A DNA stretch of 28,653 nucleotides from positions 1 to 28,653 of IMG/VR virus record IMGVR_UViG_3300043423_000097; one strand, 5' to 3'. Shown in pieces: positions 1-8,607 of this stretch. The translations under genes were made by a program, and so were the position numbers. The notes beneath the pieces were generated by a model that searched no databases, was not told the DNA's origin, and saw only the letters and a list, made by a program, of their open reading frames with translations. The DNA is from a virus (taxonomy: Duplodnaviria > Caudoviricetes). The stretch's first letter is position 1. The number at the start of each line of letters is the position of its first letter.

Positions 1-1154
1 CCGCCGCTGGCCATGATCAGCCGGTTGATAGACATAGGCTCGGTAGCGTTGCGCAGGACTTCGGTGACGCGCGACTTGGCGATGGCGATGGGGGAAAGTC
101 CGTATTCGCCAAGGCAGTCGGGCATGGTTTTTTCGGTGAGCGCGAGCAAGATGTGCGCGTCTTCTACGTCTTCTACGTCCACGATGGTTGAGGCTCGCAG
201 AACAGCAAGGGCCATGGCGGTTTTTACAAGGTGCGATTGTCGGCGCTGTCCGTAGCTTATGAACCGCGCGTCCTCGATGCCGATGTTGTAGTCGTAGTGC
301 GCGATTATGGCTTGGCGGGCGGCGATGCTGTGGCGAATTTCACCCTCGGGCACCGTGAATATCCAGTTGAAAAGCTGCTTAAAATCGGCCAACAGTTTTT
401 CGTTAAACGGCTCGGGCCACGCGATACGCTTTGTTGGGCGGTCTGCGTAAACTAGCAACATACGTGAAGTGAAACCTTGGCCCACTGCTTGCGGTGGCAG
501 GTAGGTGGTGAAGTGCATGGGGGTAATACCGCCGATCATGTTGAGGCAGGGCAGGTCAATGCGGGTTGTCTCGCGCTTTAGGGTGTACTCAAAAAAGTCT
601 CGCCCGCTGGCGTCCCACATGTCGCCCAGAAACGTAATAAACGCGTCGGACTTCATGCCGATAAAGCTAGCCCATTCGCCGGACGTTACATAAAGGGAGT
701 GCCTATTTGCAACATGCGTGTCGGCCACCGAACCTAGGTCCATGCCGCCAAGCTGCAGCCCACCTATATCGTTTAGCACTGCGTCGATGTTGTCGTCTTC
801 GCGAGATGATGGGACTTTGCCCTGCATGGCGGAAATTAGGCCTTGCAGGTACCCGCCGGTACTGTCGGGTGCGAAACGGATGCCTTCGGATTGCTCTAGT
901 AAAATTTTGGCATAGTTGATGGACTGTGATTTGCGGACGCCGGGTGGGCCAACGAGAGCGATATACATGTTCGGCATTACGCGGATTGCACCCATCTGGA
1001 ACCAACAACGGCGGGTTAAACTTGCCGCGGCTGCCGAAATAAGTGTCCAGACGTGGAAAATCGCCGGAGTTTCCGTATCTGACATAAGGTCGAGGTAAGA
1101 AGCGACGGCAGGATTTTGCAGACGCTTCAAGGTTTCCGTTACTTTATCAGACAT
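1..1154 (-). CDS. DUF3987/YfjI-like P-loop ATPase (putative replicative helicase-related), C-terminus beyond the window
   Basis: Translated by hand from ATG at 1154 (GGGGA upstream): MSDKVTETLKRLQNPAVASYLDLMSDTETPAIFHVW...PNMYIALVGPPGVRKSQS...GEWASF...CLNMIGGITP...GQGFTSRMLLV. The frame is open to the window edge. The Walker A and GFxSR motifs fit DUF3987-type proteins. Confidence 0.75.
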   Translation of the reverse strand, partial: MSDKVTETLKRLQNPAVASYLDLMSDTETPAIFHVWTLISAAAASLTRRCWFQMGAIRVMPNMYIALVGPPGVRKSQSINYAKILLEQSEGIRFAPDSTGGYLQGLISAMQGKVPSSREDDNIDAVLNDIGGLQLGGMDLGSVADTHVANRHSLYVTSGEWASFIGMKSDAFITFLGDMWDASGRDFFEYTLKRETTRIDLPCLNMIGGITPMHFTTYLPPQAVGQGFTSRMLLVYADRPTKRIAWPEPFNEKLLADFKQLFNWIFTVPEGEIRHSIAARQAIIAHYDYNIGIEDARFISYGQRRQSHLVKTAMALAVLRASTIVDVEDVEDAHILLALTEKTMPDCLGEYGLSPIAIAKSRVTEVLRNATEPMSINRLIMASG

Positions 1155-1195
1155 TTATTCCCCGCTTGGCTCGTTGGCCCGTAATTTCGCCCAGT

Positions 1196-1396
1196 TTACA
1201 GGTCGTATTTTTTGGCGCAAAAGTCCGTGACGCTGAAATCAACTTCTTCATTTACTTCAAAATCTTTCGCAGCGTCACGGTCTTCTTCGTCGATGTCACT
1301 GGCAAACGAGAACCAGCGATTTTCTTCATCATCGCAAGCGACAAAGAGGGCTTCGGTAGTAATGGCGATAACTACGCCAGATATTGAGGTGGACAT
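1196..1396 (-). CDS. small acidic hypothetical protein (66 aa)
   Basis: AAGGAG RBS upstream; lies on the operon strand. Confidence 0.7.
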   Translation of the reverse strand: MSTSISGVVIAITTEALFVACDDEENRWFSFASDIDEEDRDAAKDFEVNEEVDFSVTDFCAKKYDL

Positions 1397-1445
1397 GGCA
1401 GGCTCCTTGGTTGGGTTGTCGGGCTAGTCGGGCAGCTTGGTCGGG

Positions 1446-1853
1446 TTAGGTAGCCGAGGCCACGGTCACCGCCATGTTTTGCAGGGTTTTCAGCAACTTG
1501 TTCAACACGTCCACTGGCATACGGTCCATGTCGATGAAAGGCATTGGCGCGCCACCGTGCTTGGTGATATAGTCGCCGTCGTTCCAGCCCGCGTTGATGG
1601 GCTGGCCAGCCAGTGGGTGCCCGGGGCCGTAGGTCAGATAGGCGGGGTGCGAAAGCGCCAGCGTGTTGGTGCGGTAGGCAAGGATGCCGCGCTCGTCCAA
1701 CTCGTAGGGCAGCGACGCGATAAACGCGGTGAGTGGGGCGGCCAAAGCTGCGGCTTGCGCGGGTGTGACCCCGGTGCCGGTGATTGGGGCCAAGTCGTGC
1801 GGCAGATTTTCAAGCTGAACGCCGCTGTCGTTAATCGTACGGTTTTGTGACAT
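1446..1853 (-). CDS. hypothetical protein (135 aa, start MSQNRT)
   Basis: AAAGGAG RBS precedes ATG at 1853; candidate promoter upstream. Confidence 0.75.
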   Translation of the reverse strand: MSQNRTINDSGVQLENLPHDLAPITGTGVTPAQAAALAAPLTAFIASLPYELDERGILAYRTNTLALSHPAYLTYGPGHPLAGQPINAGWNDGDYITKHGGAPMPFIDMDRMPVDVLNKLLKTLQNMAVTVASAT

Positions 1854-1870
1854 TTGGTTCTCCTTTAATG

Positions 1871-2104
1871 TCAAGTTGCAGTATTGGAAGAGTGGCACAG
1901 GTTTTTGCGCTTGTCAAGGTGCTCGTGAAACAGGCGATAGTTGCGTTCTGTTTCGCTCTCGGCACCCAGTACTTTTAGCGCGCGGTCAACTTCTGCGCGG
2001 GCAGCTAGGCTTGCGTAGTGGTCAACGAGAACACGGTATGCCCCACGTAGCCGCAGGATTTCCCAGTTACGCCGGCGGCTTGCTTTAGCGTCAAGTTTTT
2101 TCAT
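1871..2104 (-). CDS. hypothetical protein (77 aa, basic)
   Basis: ATGA overlap with the polymerase stop codon. Confidence 0.65.
   Translation of the reverse strand: MKKLDAKASRRRNWEILRLRGAYRVLVDHYASLAARAEVDRALKVLGAESETERNYRLFHEHLDKRKNLCHSSNTAT
1889..1917 (-). promoter_or_regulatory. sigma70-like promoter
   Basis: TTGACA-17 nt-CACTCT with TG extended -10 (TTGACAagcgcaaaaacctgtgcCACTCT). Confidence 0.5.
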
Positions 2105-4722
2105 AATGACAGCCCCAAAGATTTCATAACTTTACTTTCGTTTGCCCCAAGCGCGGCGGTATAGCCTGCCTGTTTTTCGGCACCAAGCCCTTCGTACTTA
2201 ACCGTCCACTTGGCCTGCCAAGACTTAGTCAATTCTGCCTCAACAGGGATGGTGAACGTGCGGCCCTTGATTGCGCAAGGGTGCTCCATGATTTTAACTT
2301 TGCGATCGACAAGGTCGTAGCGTCCGTCTGGAACGCTGCAAACTAGTTCATCATGGACTTGTATTATCATTTTGAACCCGCGCACCCACATTGCGTCGGC
2401 CAAATAGTACAGTCGCAACATAGCGTTGTTGATGTTGCCCGCGGTGCCGCCTTGGCCGTAAGATGCGGGGATGAAGCGCGGATTTTTGGCAGGATCGCAC
2501 AGCATTACGGTGCTTGAGCCCCCATACATAGTAATAACACCGTGATTGATACGCGCGCCCTGCACTGCGGCCTGCTTCCAGCGTTTAAGCGCGGGGTATC
2601 GCATGTAGTACAGGGCTTGGGCAAAGTCACAGGCTTTTTCCAGCTGGGCATTTGACCAAAGACGTTCGTTGTCGATATAGTACTGCGCGGACTTGGTTTT
2701 GTCGAGGCCCATATATGTGATGAATTTGGCGGAGTTAGGGCCGGAGAGGAGTGCGCAAACCATGGCCCACGCGGCTTCCTTGCGCACGTTTAACAGCATT
2801 GTGCCGCCGCCCATATCGTAGTTTGTGCCGTGGCTCACTTTTTTGATGATTTGGCGGACCCCAATATCGGCATGCACTACCCAAGGCTCTTTTTTGGCGG
2901 CACCCGCGACAACATCAGCATACTTATGGCCGAAGAAAAACTCGACGTGAACCGAGTGCGTGTCACGGTCGTCAGTTACAGTCTCGATCATGGCCCCATC
3001 TTCGCTCTCGAACGCAACAAAATAGCTGTCAGACTGGCTGTAGTCGGAGGAAACCAGTGTGGTGCCGGGATAAGCTGTGGCCAGCAGCCTCATGGATTTT
3101 GGCACGTTTTGCATGTTGGTGCCTATGCCGAAATCGTGCTTAGAGGAAGCGGCGCGCGCTGTGGTTGTGTTGCCCATCTTGATTTTGTATAGCCAGATTT
3201 GATACCAAAGCGGAAGATTGCCGTATTTTGTGGCATTGTTTGCCGGCTCTTTGGCGTCGGTGATAGCTTTGATTACTTCGCGGAAAATCGGATGGGCATC
3301 GCCAACTGCCTGCAATACGCGTTTATCTGCTGTCCGGCCTTTGCGCGGCAAAATTGGGGCACGTAGTACATCGTAGATTAGTTCGCAAGTTTGGTCGGAA
3401 GAATTGGGGTTAAGGTCGGGGTCGCCGACTAGTTCCTGCAGCTCGGCCAACTTAACCCGGGCTTCGTTGAGCAGCTTTTCGCGCAGCGCCTCTTGCCGTT
3501 CTGCTGGGACGGGCAAGCCGTGCATAGACATGTAAAGCGCGGGCCCAAATTGCAGGGCAAATTCGCGGATATACGTGCGGCCCACATGCCCGAACCCAGC
3601 GGCGTACTCGGGGTACCGCGTTCCAGCGCCGGCGCCCCACACGAAATCCAGCAATCCCATAGCAGTGTCCAGCGTGTTAGCACAGTCCAGCGCGTTGTAA
3701 AGCCAGTAGCCGTAAGTCCGATCTGCTGTGCGCGGGGCTTCCCACTTGGTTTTGCCCTGATCATCAACCTCCTTACCGTCGTCTTTCCAGTATTTGTATT
3801 TTTGCACGAACATGCTGGACACACTGTAAAGGGCTTTTGGCATGGTTGGGAAGACTGCATGGAAAAAGTGCATGGTGTCGAGGATGTAGTTATTGACGCT
3901 CCAGCCGTAACGGAACAGGTGCGCAATATCGAAGCTGCCGTTATGGGCGCATTTTGGCGTAGGATTGGCAAGAATGCTGCCGATCGTGGCGCAGGCCATG
4001 TTGAACGCGGCGTCGCTGTCCCAGTAATCACTGGTTTCGTTCTCAAGGTTTATGAGCAAAGGGATCACGAAAACTGGGGTGTAGGCAAGGCCGGGGATGG
4101 AAAGCGCAAAGCCAACGACTGAAATATACCCACCCGAGGTTTCAATGTCGAACGCGGTCATGACGGATTTGCTGGCCAGCTTTTCCAACGTTTGCAGATC
4201 GGCCATACTTTGCGCTATAACGAATTTCGTAGGCTTGGCATAATCGCGAGTGCCGTGCATGTGATTTTTCAGCTTATTACAGTGGAATGCCGTGATGTAG
4301 CCAGAGACGGCGCGCTGTTCATCGGAAAACTGCCGCCCGTAAATTTGCAAAGGATCGGCGATGAAAAGAATAGGCTTCTCGAACCGCTCAATAATCATGC
4401 CGGCCAAAACGTCGGTGCTGGTAAGGGCTTTACTGTCGCGGGCGGGCAGAACATGCGTGGCCAGCGCGAGGTCGTAAGTGACGAAAGCATCGTAGCGCGG
4501 GGCCAGCTTTTCCATGGCGATGCGGAATTGCTCGCGGCCGCGTGGCCCGATTTGGCGCTTGGCTTTCGTATTGGCCTTGGCCACCCAGTAGTCAGGCACT
4601 AAAACGTGCAGGTTCAAGGTGCTAACCGCGCAACCCGGGATTGTGGCCTGAATGATGCGGGAAGCCGCTGGCGCCCGTTGGTTAGTTTCGTTCTGGATAA
4701 GCAAGCCGATACGATAAGCCAT
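2101..4722 (-). CDS. polA: family A DNA polymerase with 3'-5' exonuclease and degenerate N-terminal UDG-like domain (873 aa)
   Basis: ExoI FDIET, ExoII HNGSFD, ExoIII YNALDC; TTTARAASS...NMQNVP; motif A DYSQSD; motif B RQIIKKVSHGTNY; motif C VHDEL. AAGGAGG RBS before ATG 4722. Confidence 0.95.
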   Translation of the reverse strand: MAYRIGLLIQNETNQRAPAASRIIQATIPGCAVSTLNLHVLVPDYWVAKANTKAKRQIGPRGREQFRIAMEKLAPRYDAFVTYDLALATHVLPARDSKALTSTDVLAGMIIERFEKPILFIADPLQIYGRQFSDEQRAVSGYITAFHCNKLKNHMHGTRDYAKPTKFVIAQSMADLQTLEKLASKSVMTAFDIETSGGYISVVGFALSIPGLAYTPVFVIPLLINLENETSDYWDSDAAFNMACATIGSILANPTPKCAHNGSFDIAHLFRYGWSVNNYILDTMHFFHAVFPTMPKALYSVSSMFVQKYKYWKDDGKEVDDQGKTKWEAPRTADRTYGYWLYNALDCANTLDTAMGLLDFVWGAGAGTRYPEYAAGFGHVGRTYIREFALQFGPALYMSMHGLPVPAERQEALREKLLNEARVKLAELQELVGDPDLNPNSSDQTCELIYDVLRAPILPRKGRTADKRVLQAVGDAHPIFREVIKAITDAKEPANNATKYGNLPLWYQIWLYKIKMGNTTTARAASSKHDFGIGTNMQNVPKSMRLLATAYPGTTLVSSDYSQSDSYFVAFESEDGAMIETVTDDRDTHSVHVEFFFGHKYADVVAGAAKKEPWVVHADIGVRQIIKKVSHGTNYDMGGGTMLLNVRKEAAWAMVCALLSGPNSAKFITYMGLDKTKSAQYYIDNERLWSNAQLEKACDFAQALYYMRYPALKRWKQAAVQGARINHGVITMYGGSSTVMLCDPAKNPRFIPASYGQGGTAGNINNAMLRLYYLADAMWVRGFKMIIQVHDELVCSVPDGRYDLVDRKVKIMEHPCAIKGRTFTIPVEAELTKSWQAKWTVKYEGLGAEKQAGYTAALGANESKVMKSLGLSL

Positions 4723-4723
4723 A

Positions 4724-5050
4724 TTAAACCTCCTTGGTAACGTAGATGCTCCAGACGTCAATAGTAAAACTGGCATTTGTAGCCAATTCCATTGCGCTCG
4801 GCTCTACGTAGGCCACGACTACCCGCTGCTCACGCGTGAATTGATTTGCCAAAACGATGATGTCGCCCGCTTCTGGCACTAAGGCGCTGCTGGCGAAAAC
4901 GGCCTCAAAAGTGGGCGCGCGCGGTCCGGGAACTGGGAAGATTTGCCAAACGACCCGCTCGTCAGCAGCTAATTCAACAGCCACCATGTCGAAATTTTGA
5001 GGCCGGTGTACTGTGGCCGAGGCTTTTGGCCTATGAAGTCCGTTTGTCAT
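4724..5050 (-). CDS. hypothetical protein (108 aa)
   Basis: Tightly packed between its neighbours; stop abuts the polymerase start. Confidence 0.65.
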   Translation of the reverse strand: MTNGLHRPKASATVHRPQNFDMVAVELAADERVVWQIFPVPGPRAPTFEAVFASSALVPEAGDIIVLANQFTREQRVVVAYVEPSAMELATNASFTIDVWSIYVTKEV

Positions 5051-5408
5051 GGGTCACCTGTTTTTTGAATGTTTCTTTACTGAAAACGAGGCCAAGACTA
5101 CGGCAGTGCGCGGCCAGCTGTGTGTTGTTACGCATCCAGATCGCTATTGTGCCCAAGGCCAGCCCGGACTGCGTAATCTCCGCCAAAAACTTATCAGCAG
5201 CTTTAGCGGCCAGCAGCTTCTCCATAGTAACTTGTTTAAGTTTAATGTACTTTTGGTTTCCGTGAAAGGGCGCTGGTACTGCTCCATACGGCAAACTCTG
5301 CGCACCAGTTTCGCATTTCTGCACAACGCCGCCATTGGCTTCGAATTCGGCCACATGCTGGGCCAGACTGTCATGCTCGGCTTTTCTCGCCAAATAATAG
5401 CTGTTCAT
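5031..5408 (-). CDS. hypothetical protein (125 aa, start MNSYYL)
   Basis: GGAG RBS before ATG 5408; the VAEFEANGGVVQKC segment resembles a common small-phage-protein motif. Confidence 0.7.
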   Translation of the reverse strand: MNSYYLARKAEHDSLAQHVAEFEANGGVVQKCETGAQSLPYGAVPAPFHGNQKYIKLKQVTMEKLLAAKAADKFLAEITQSGLALGTIAIWMRNNTQLAAHCRSLGLVFSKETFKKQVTHDKRTS

Positions 5409-5418
5409 GATTTTCTCC

Positions 5419-5456
5419 AAAAAAGGGGTCGGCAATGCACTACACACTGCCGACCC
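5419..5456 (-). terminator. intrinsic terminator after the SSB gene
   Basis: GGGTCGGCA...TGCCGACCC stem followed by a T6 run on the minus strand. Confidence 0.75.
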
Positions 5457-5464
5457 TGTTTAAT

Positions 5465-6040
5465 TTAGCCCATTTCTGGCAAAGTTTGCAGGGCGTTCAT
5501 GTTAATGAAGGACTTTTCCTTGTACACGATGCTGCAATTTTCGTAGCCATTACGCTCCACGGTCTTGATCTGGACACCGAAGGCAACTTTACCTGCCTTC
5601 AATTCTTCCAGCAACGAACCCAGCGTGCCGGTAACTTCGGCAATGGAGGTCTTATTGCGCCAAGAGGTGCCGACCACGCCCAGAATAAGTTGGGTAATGT
5701 TCCGCGGGCCGTAAGCGTTCGACATGTTGAAGCTTTCCATGTGCTTGCGGCCAGCCAGCGCTTCCTTGTCAAGGCTTGGATCGTCCGTGGCCAAGCAGCG
5801 CAATACGTGCAACTTAACACGGACCGAAACTGAGCCTTTCTTGTCTTGGCTTGGATCGGCGGCGCGCACAACTTTCTCGAAATCCTCGATAATCAAAGCG
5901 TAAACCCCATCAGGCAGGTTTTGGCTTAGGTTCACGTCGGCAATGTCGATGCCAAGAATTTCGTCCATAGTAAGGCTGGACAGATCAGCCTCGGTTACCG
6001 TGGACCAGTCAAATGCGTTCAATGCGTTAATGGCAGACAT
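5465..6040 (-). CDS. DUF669-like single-stranded DNA-binding protein
   Basis: LPDGVYALIIEDFE...VKLHVL...AGRKHMESF pattern; lies directly downstream of the Sak4-like ATPase, the usual context for such SSBs. Confidence 0.65.
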   Translation of the reverse strand: MSAINALNAFDWSTVTEADLSSLTMDEILGIDIADVNLSQNLPDGVYALIIEDFEKVVRAADPSQDKKGSVSVRVKLHVLRCLATDDPSLDKEALAGRKHMESFNMSNAYGPRNITQLILGVVGTSWRNKTSIAEVTGTLGSLLEELKAGKVAFGVQIKTVERNGYENCSIVYKEKSFINMNALQTLPEMG

Positions 6041-6073
6041 GATGGTTCTCTTTCTTTATGTGTGTGTTTAAGG

Positions 6074-7060
6074 TTACTTTTTGCCAATGTTAAGCAGGGT
6101 TGGCGCCCCAGTTACCGGAACCGTTGTCGATGTTTTCGACTTGGCTGCAGCAATTTCGGCCCCGGTCACGGTTACTACCATGGCGGAACTGAAATGAGTG
6201 TTGTCGCGGACTGCGGCCAAAATGCCGGGCGCAACGAATTTGTCAAATAGCAGGTCATCCCACTTGTTTTTACCCGGTTTTGTGGACTGGGTAAGCGCGT
6301 CGAAATCTTCGGAACCTGCGGTGTTAATCATGGTGCCCACGAGGGCGTTAGGGACTTCGAAGAACAACACGTCGTTGAATTGGCGAGCCAAAGTTTCGCC
6401 ATGAGAGCGGGTGATGCTACAAGGTTGGACACGCACCGCTTCGATTTGGTCTTTCAGCGGGGCTTTCGGGTCGGCATCAGGCCGTTTGCGGGCATAGGTT
6501 TCTGCGTGGCCCGTGACGATAACGTGACAGTTAAGCCGCTTTAGATTAGAAATAAATTTGTCACCACCCAAACGCACTTTTTGGTAATCGGCCCATTCCA
6601 GCTTTTCCACCTTGACGGCATCTCGGATCGGCACGTTAATTGCGGAAATGTTATCCATGAAGGCTGACCAGCTGTCGATAACCAGCACCGTCTTGGTGTC
6701 GCCAGCGCGCAAGTCGATACGAGCGTAAGACTTTTCGGGGTCAATCTGGTTTGGCGCAACATATTGCCGGGTTGCTTCGTCGAACAAAATCGCGCTACCT
6801 TGCGCCGCCATTGCCATTGCCGCGGCACCTGATACTGCATAGTTATCCGTGGCCCGCATGTCAAGGTGGTAAATCCGGGCCAGTGCCTCGGGTGAAAGTT
6901 GGTTGGCAATCTGGAATTTGCCGTCGAAGTCGCAAAGAATGACGTTGAAGCCGAATTCGGCGGCGCGCAAGGCCCACCATGTTTTACGGGTTCCGGGTTG
7001 TCCGTAGATCATTATGCGGGCCGCGCCTGTTTCTTCCAGTGCGCTAGTCATTGCTGGCAT
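6074..7060 (-). CDS. AAA_24/Sak4-like ATPase (ssDNA annealing/recombination)
   Basis: RIMIYGQPGTRKT Walker A; VLVIDSWS Walker B; HVIVTGH; FNDVLF. Confidence 0.8.
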   Translation of the reverse strand: MPAMTSALEETGAARIMIYGQPGTRKTWWALRAAEFGFNVILCDFDGKFQIANQLSPEALARIYHLDMRATDNYAVSGAAAMAMAAQGSAILFDEATRQYVAPNQIDPEKSYARIDLRAGDTKTVLVIDSWSAFMDNISAINVPIRDAVKVEKLEWADYQKVRLGGDKFISNLKRLNCHVIVTGHAETYARKRPDADPKAPLKDQIEAVRVQPCSITRSHGETLARQFNDVLFFEVPNALVGTMINTAGSEDFDALTQSTKPGKNKWDDLLFDKFVAPGILAAVRDNTHFSSAMVVTVTGAEIAAAKSKTSTTVPVTGAPTLLNIGKK

Positions 7061-7253
7061 TGTCGGGTTCCTCTATGTTTGATGGTGGAGACTTGCATAG
7101 GTTGTCTGCGTTGTCAATAGGGCTATTTTCGACGGCCCTGAAGTTGATCATGCTACCTGTGCCGCCAGCTGCAAGCATTTCGGAGCGGACATAGTTAACA
7201 GCCGCCACGTATACAAGAACCAGACATAACAACGAATGGATAAAATGTTTCAT
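7044..7253 (-). CDS. small hypothetical protein with N-terminal hydrophobic segment (69 aa, MKHFIH)
   Basis: ATGA overlap with the upstream gene stop. Confidence 0.5.
   Translation of the reverse strand: MKHFIHSLLCLVLVYVAAVNYVRSEMLAAGGTGSMINFRAVENSPIDNADNLCKSPPSNIEEPDNASND
7089..7117 (-). promoter_or_regulatory. sigma70-like promoter for the Sak4/SSB genes
   Basis: TTGACAacgcagacaacctatgcAAGTCT; 17-nt spacer; TG extension. Confidence 0.5.
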
Positions 7254-7648
7254 GGCCGCACCACCAGTGAGTTCTGCCAGATGTCCGTGCCGCGAACGTA
7301 TGCGTGGGGTGGAAATGCGATAGTGACGGCGTGATACATTCCGCATGCGGCCTTCCATACCGCTGGACCACTGCTCGGAACTGCCAGATATGCAAAAACT
7401 CGGCCATCTTCATCAGCCGCAACCGCAACGATATCAGGCCCGAAACAGGACCAGTCCACCGACGCGGGGATGATGTCGGGTGTGGCTTGGCGATAGATGG
7501 CGTAGAAATCCCAGTATGGACTGCAAGGATGCCACCCCTCCAGTGAGTTGTACACCACCCACGGGCCACCGCAGTTTTTCAGCGCTGCCTTTTCATCATC
7601 AGTCAGCAGTCCCCACTGAATAAGGTTTGTCATTGGGTCAAATGTCAT
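7250..7648 (-). CDS. hypothetical phage protein (132 aa)
   Basis: AAAGAGA upstream; the VDWS...AVAADEDGRVFAY segment is typical of small phage proteins. Confidence 0.7.
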   Translation of the reverse strand: MTFDPMTNLIQWGLLTDDEKAALKNCGGPWVVYNSLEGWHPCSPYWDFYAIYRQATPDIIPASVDWSCFGPDIVAVAADEDGRVFAYLAVPSSGPAVWKAACGMYHAVTIAFPPHAYVRGTDIWQNSLVVRP

Positions 7649-8084
7649 TTTGGTTCTCTTTCTTGCCGTTCAGGGCATGGATTGCTTTTCGCGCGATTTT
7701 CAAAAAAGCCTGCGCATCCGCCTCGCCGTGTACTACATAAATACCCATAGTAAGCGCCTCTTTTAGGGCTTGTATCTCTGGCAATTGCAGCGCCGCGGCC
7801 GGCGTGGTGTCGCGGGACGCTTGGAGGAAACTGCAACAATCGCTGACAATTTCGTTCATACAGTATTCCTGCGGAACCCAAGGCGATTGCGCAGCAGCGT
7901 TCGCTATAGATTGCATCATCACGTCATTCAGGTTTATTTCGGTCACGCCTGCATCCCCCACGCTGGGGGCGGGTGGTGAGGTGAGGGCGGCAATGGCTTC
8001 GATAAAAACAGGGTCATCGTGGTCGCGCGAATTGGCGAGTTTCCAAATCTGCAGGGCGGTGTTTTTCAAATCGTTATCACTCAT
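7638..8084 (-). CDS. hypothetical protein (148 aa)
   Basis: GAGGAG RBS; overlaps the next gene start. Confidence 0.7.
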   Translation of the reverse strand: MSDNDLKNTALQIWKLANSRDHDDPVFIEAIAALTSPPAPSVGDAGVTEINLNDVMMQSIANAAAQSPWVPQEYCMNEIVSDCCSFLQASRDTTPAAALQLPEIQALKEALTMGIYVVHGEADAQAFLKIARKAIHALNGKKENQNDI

Positions 8085-8129
8085 TCTCGTTCACTCCTCT
8101 TTCTGCCCCGTGGGGCGGTTTTCGTCATT

Positions 8130-8606
8130 TCAGTTTTTCCCTTTAATATCGGTGCCGCCACGTATTTTCAATGTGTTCAGCGTTTCTTCGATGGAGTTTG
8201 GCACCTCGATGCCGGTATTTACCAGATAAGGGCGCACCTCGCTGTAGCGGGCCATCATTTCGGACGGATCAACTCCGTAGCTATGCGCAGTCTGCTGAAT
8301 AATGCTACGTGGGTCCAGCACTACATCACTGTCATGCTCGTAGACCAGATTTTCACTGTTACCCACCTTAATGATAGCCGCCGCCGCTGTCAAGCACCCA
8401 TGAAAAGTGAGCGGAAAAGTGAGGCAAGAGGGCATTACGAGTACTTGCGCCTCGTCTACCCGGCGATCGTAGATGAAGTAGTATAGCCGCGCGTAGGCTT
8501 TGGCCCCGGTAGGCAGCTGCATCGGAGTAACGCGGTAATCCATGCGCGCCCGGAAGTGCAACTCAACGGTTTCAGAAACTTTGATTTTTTGGATAGCCAT
8601 GCTCAT
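8130..8606 (-). CDS. hypothetical protein (158 aa)
   Basis: AAGGA RBS; starts 1 nt after the nuclease stop. Confidence 0.7.
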   Translation of the reverse strand: MSMAIQKIKVSETVELHFRARMDYRVTPMQLPTGAKAYARLYYFIYDRRVDEAQVLVMPSCLTFPLTFHGCLTAAAAIIKVGNSENLVYEHDSDVVLDPRSIIQQTAHSYGVDPSEMMARYSEVRPYLVNTGIEVPNSIEETLNTLKIRGGTDIKGKN

Positions 8607-8607
8607 G

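Noticed and set aside
1869-1874. Second TTGACA on the minus strand
   Set aside because: Its -10 would fall on the start codon, downstream of the RBS, so it is not a plausible promoter.
8103-8122. GCCCC-GT-GGGGC hairpin as a terminator
   Set aside because: The stem is short and the T-run is on the non-coding strand, so the function is unsupported.
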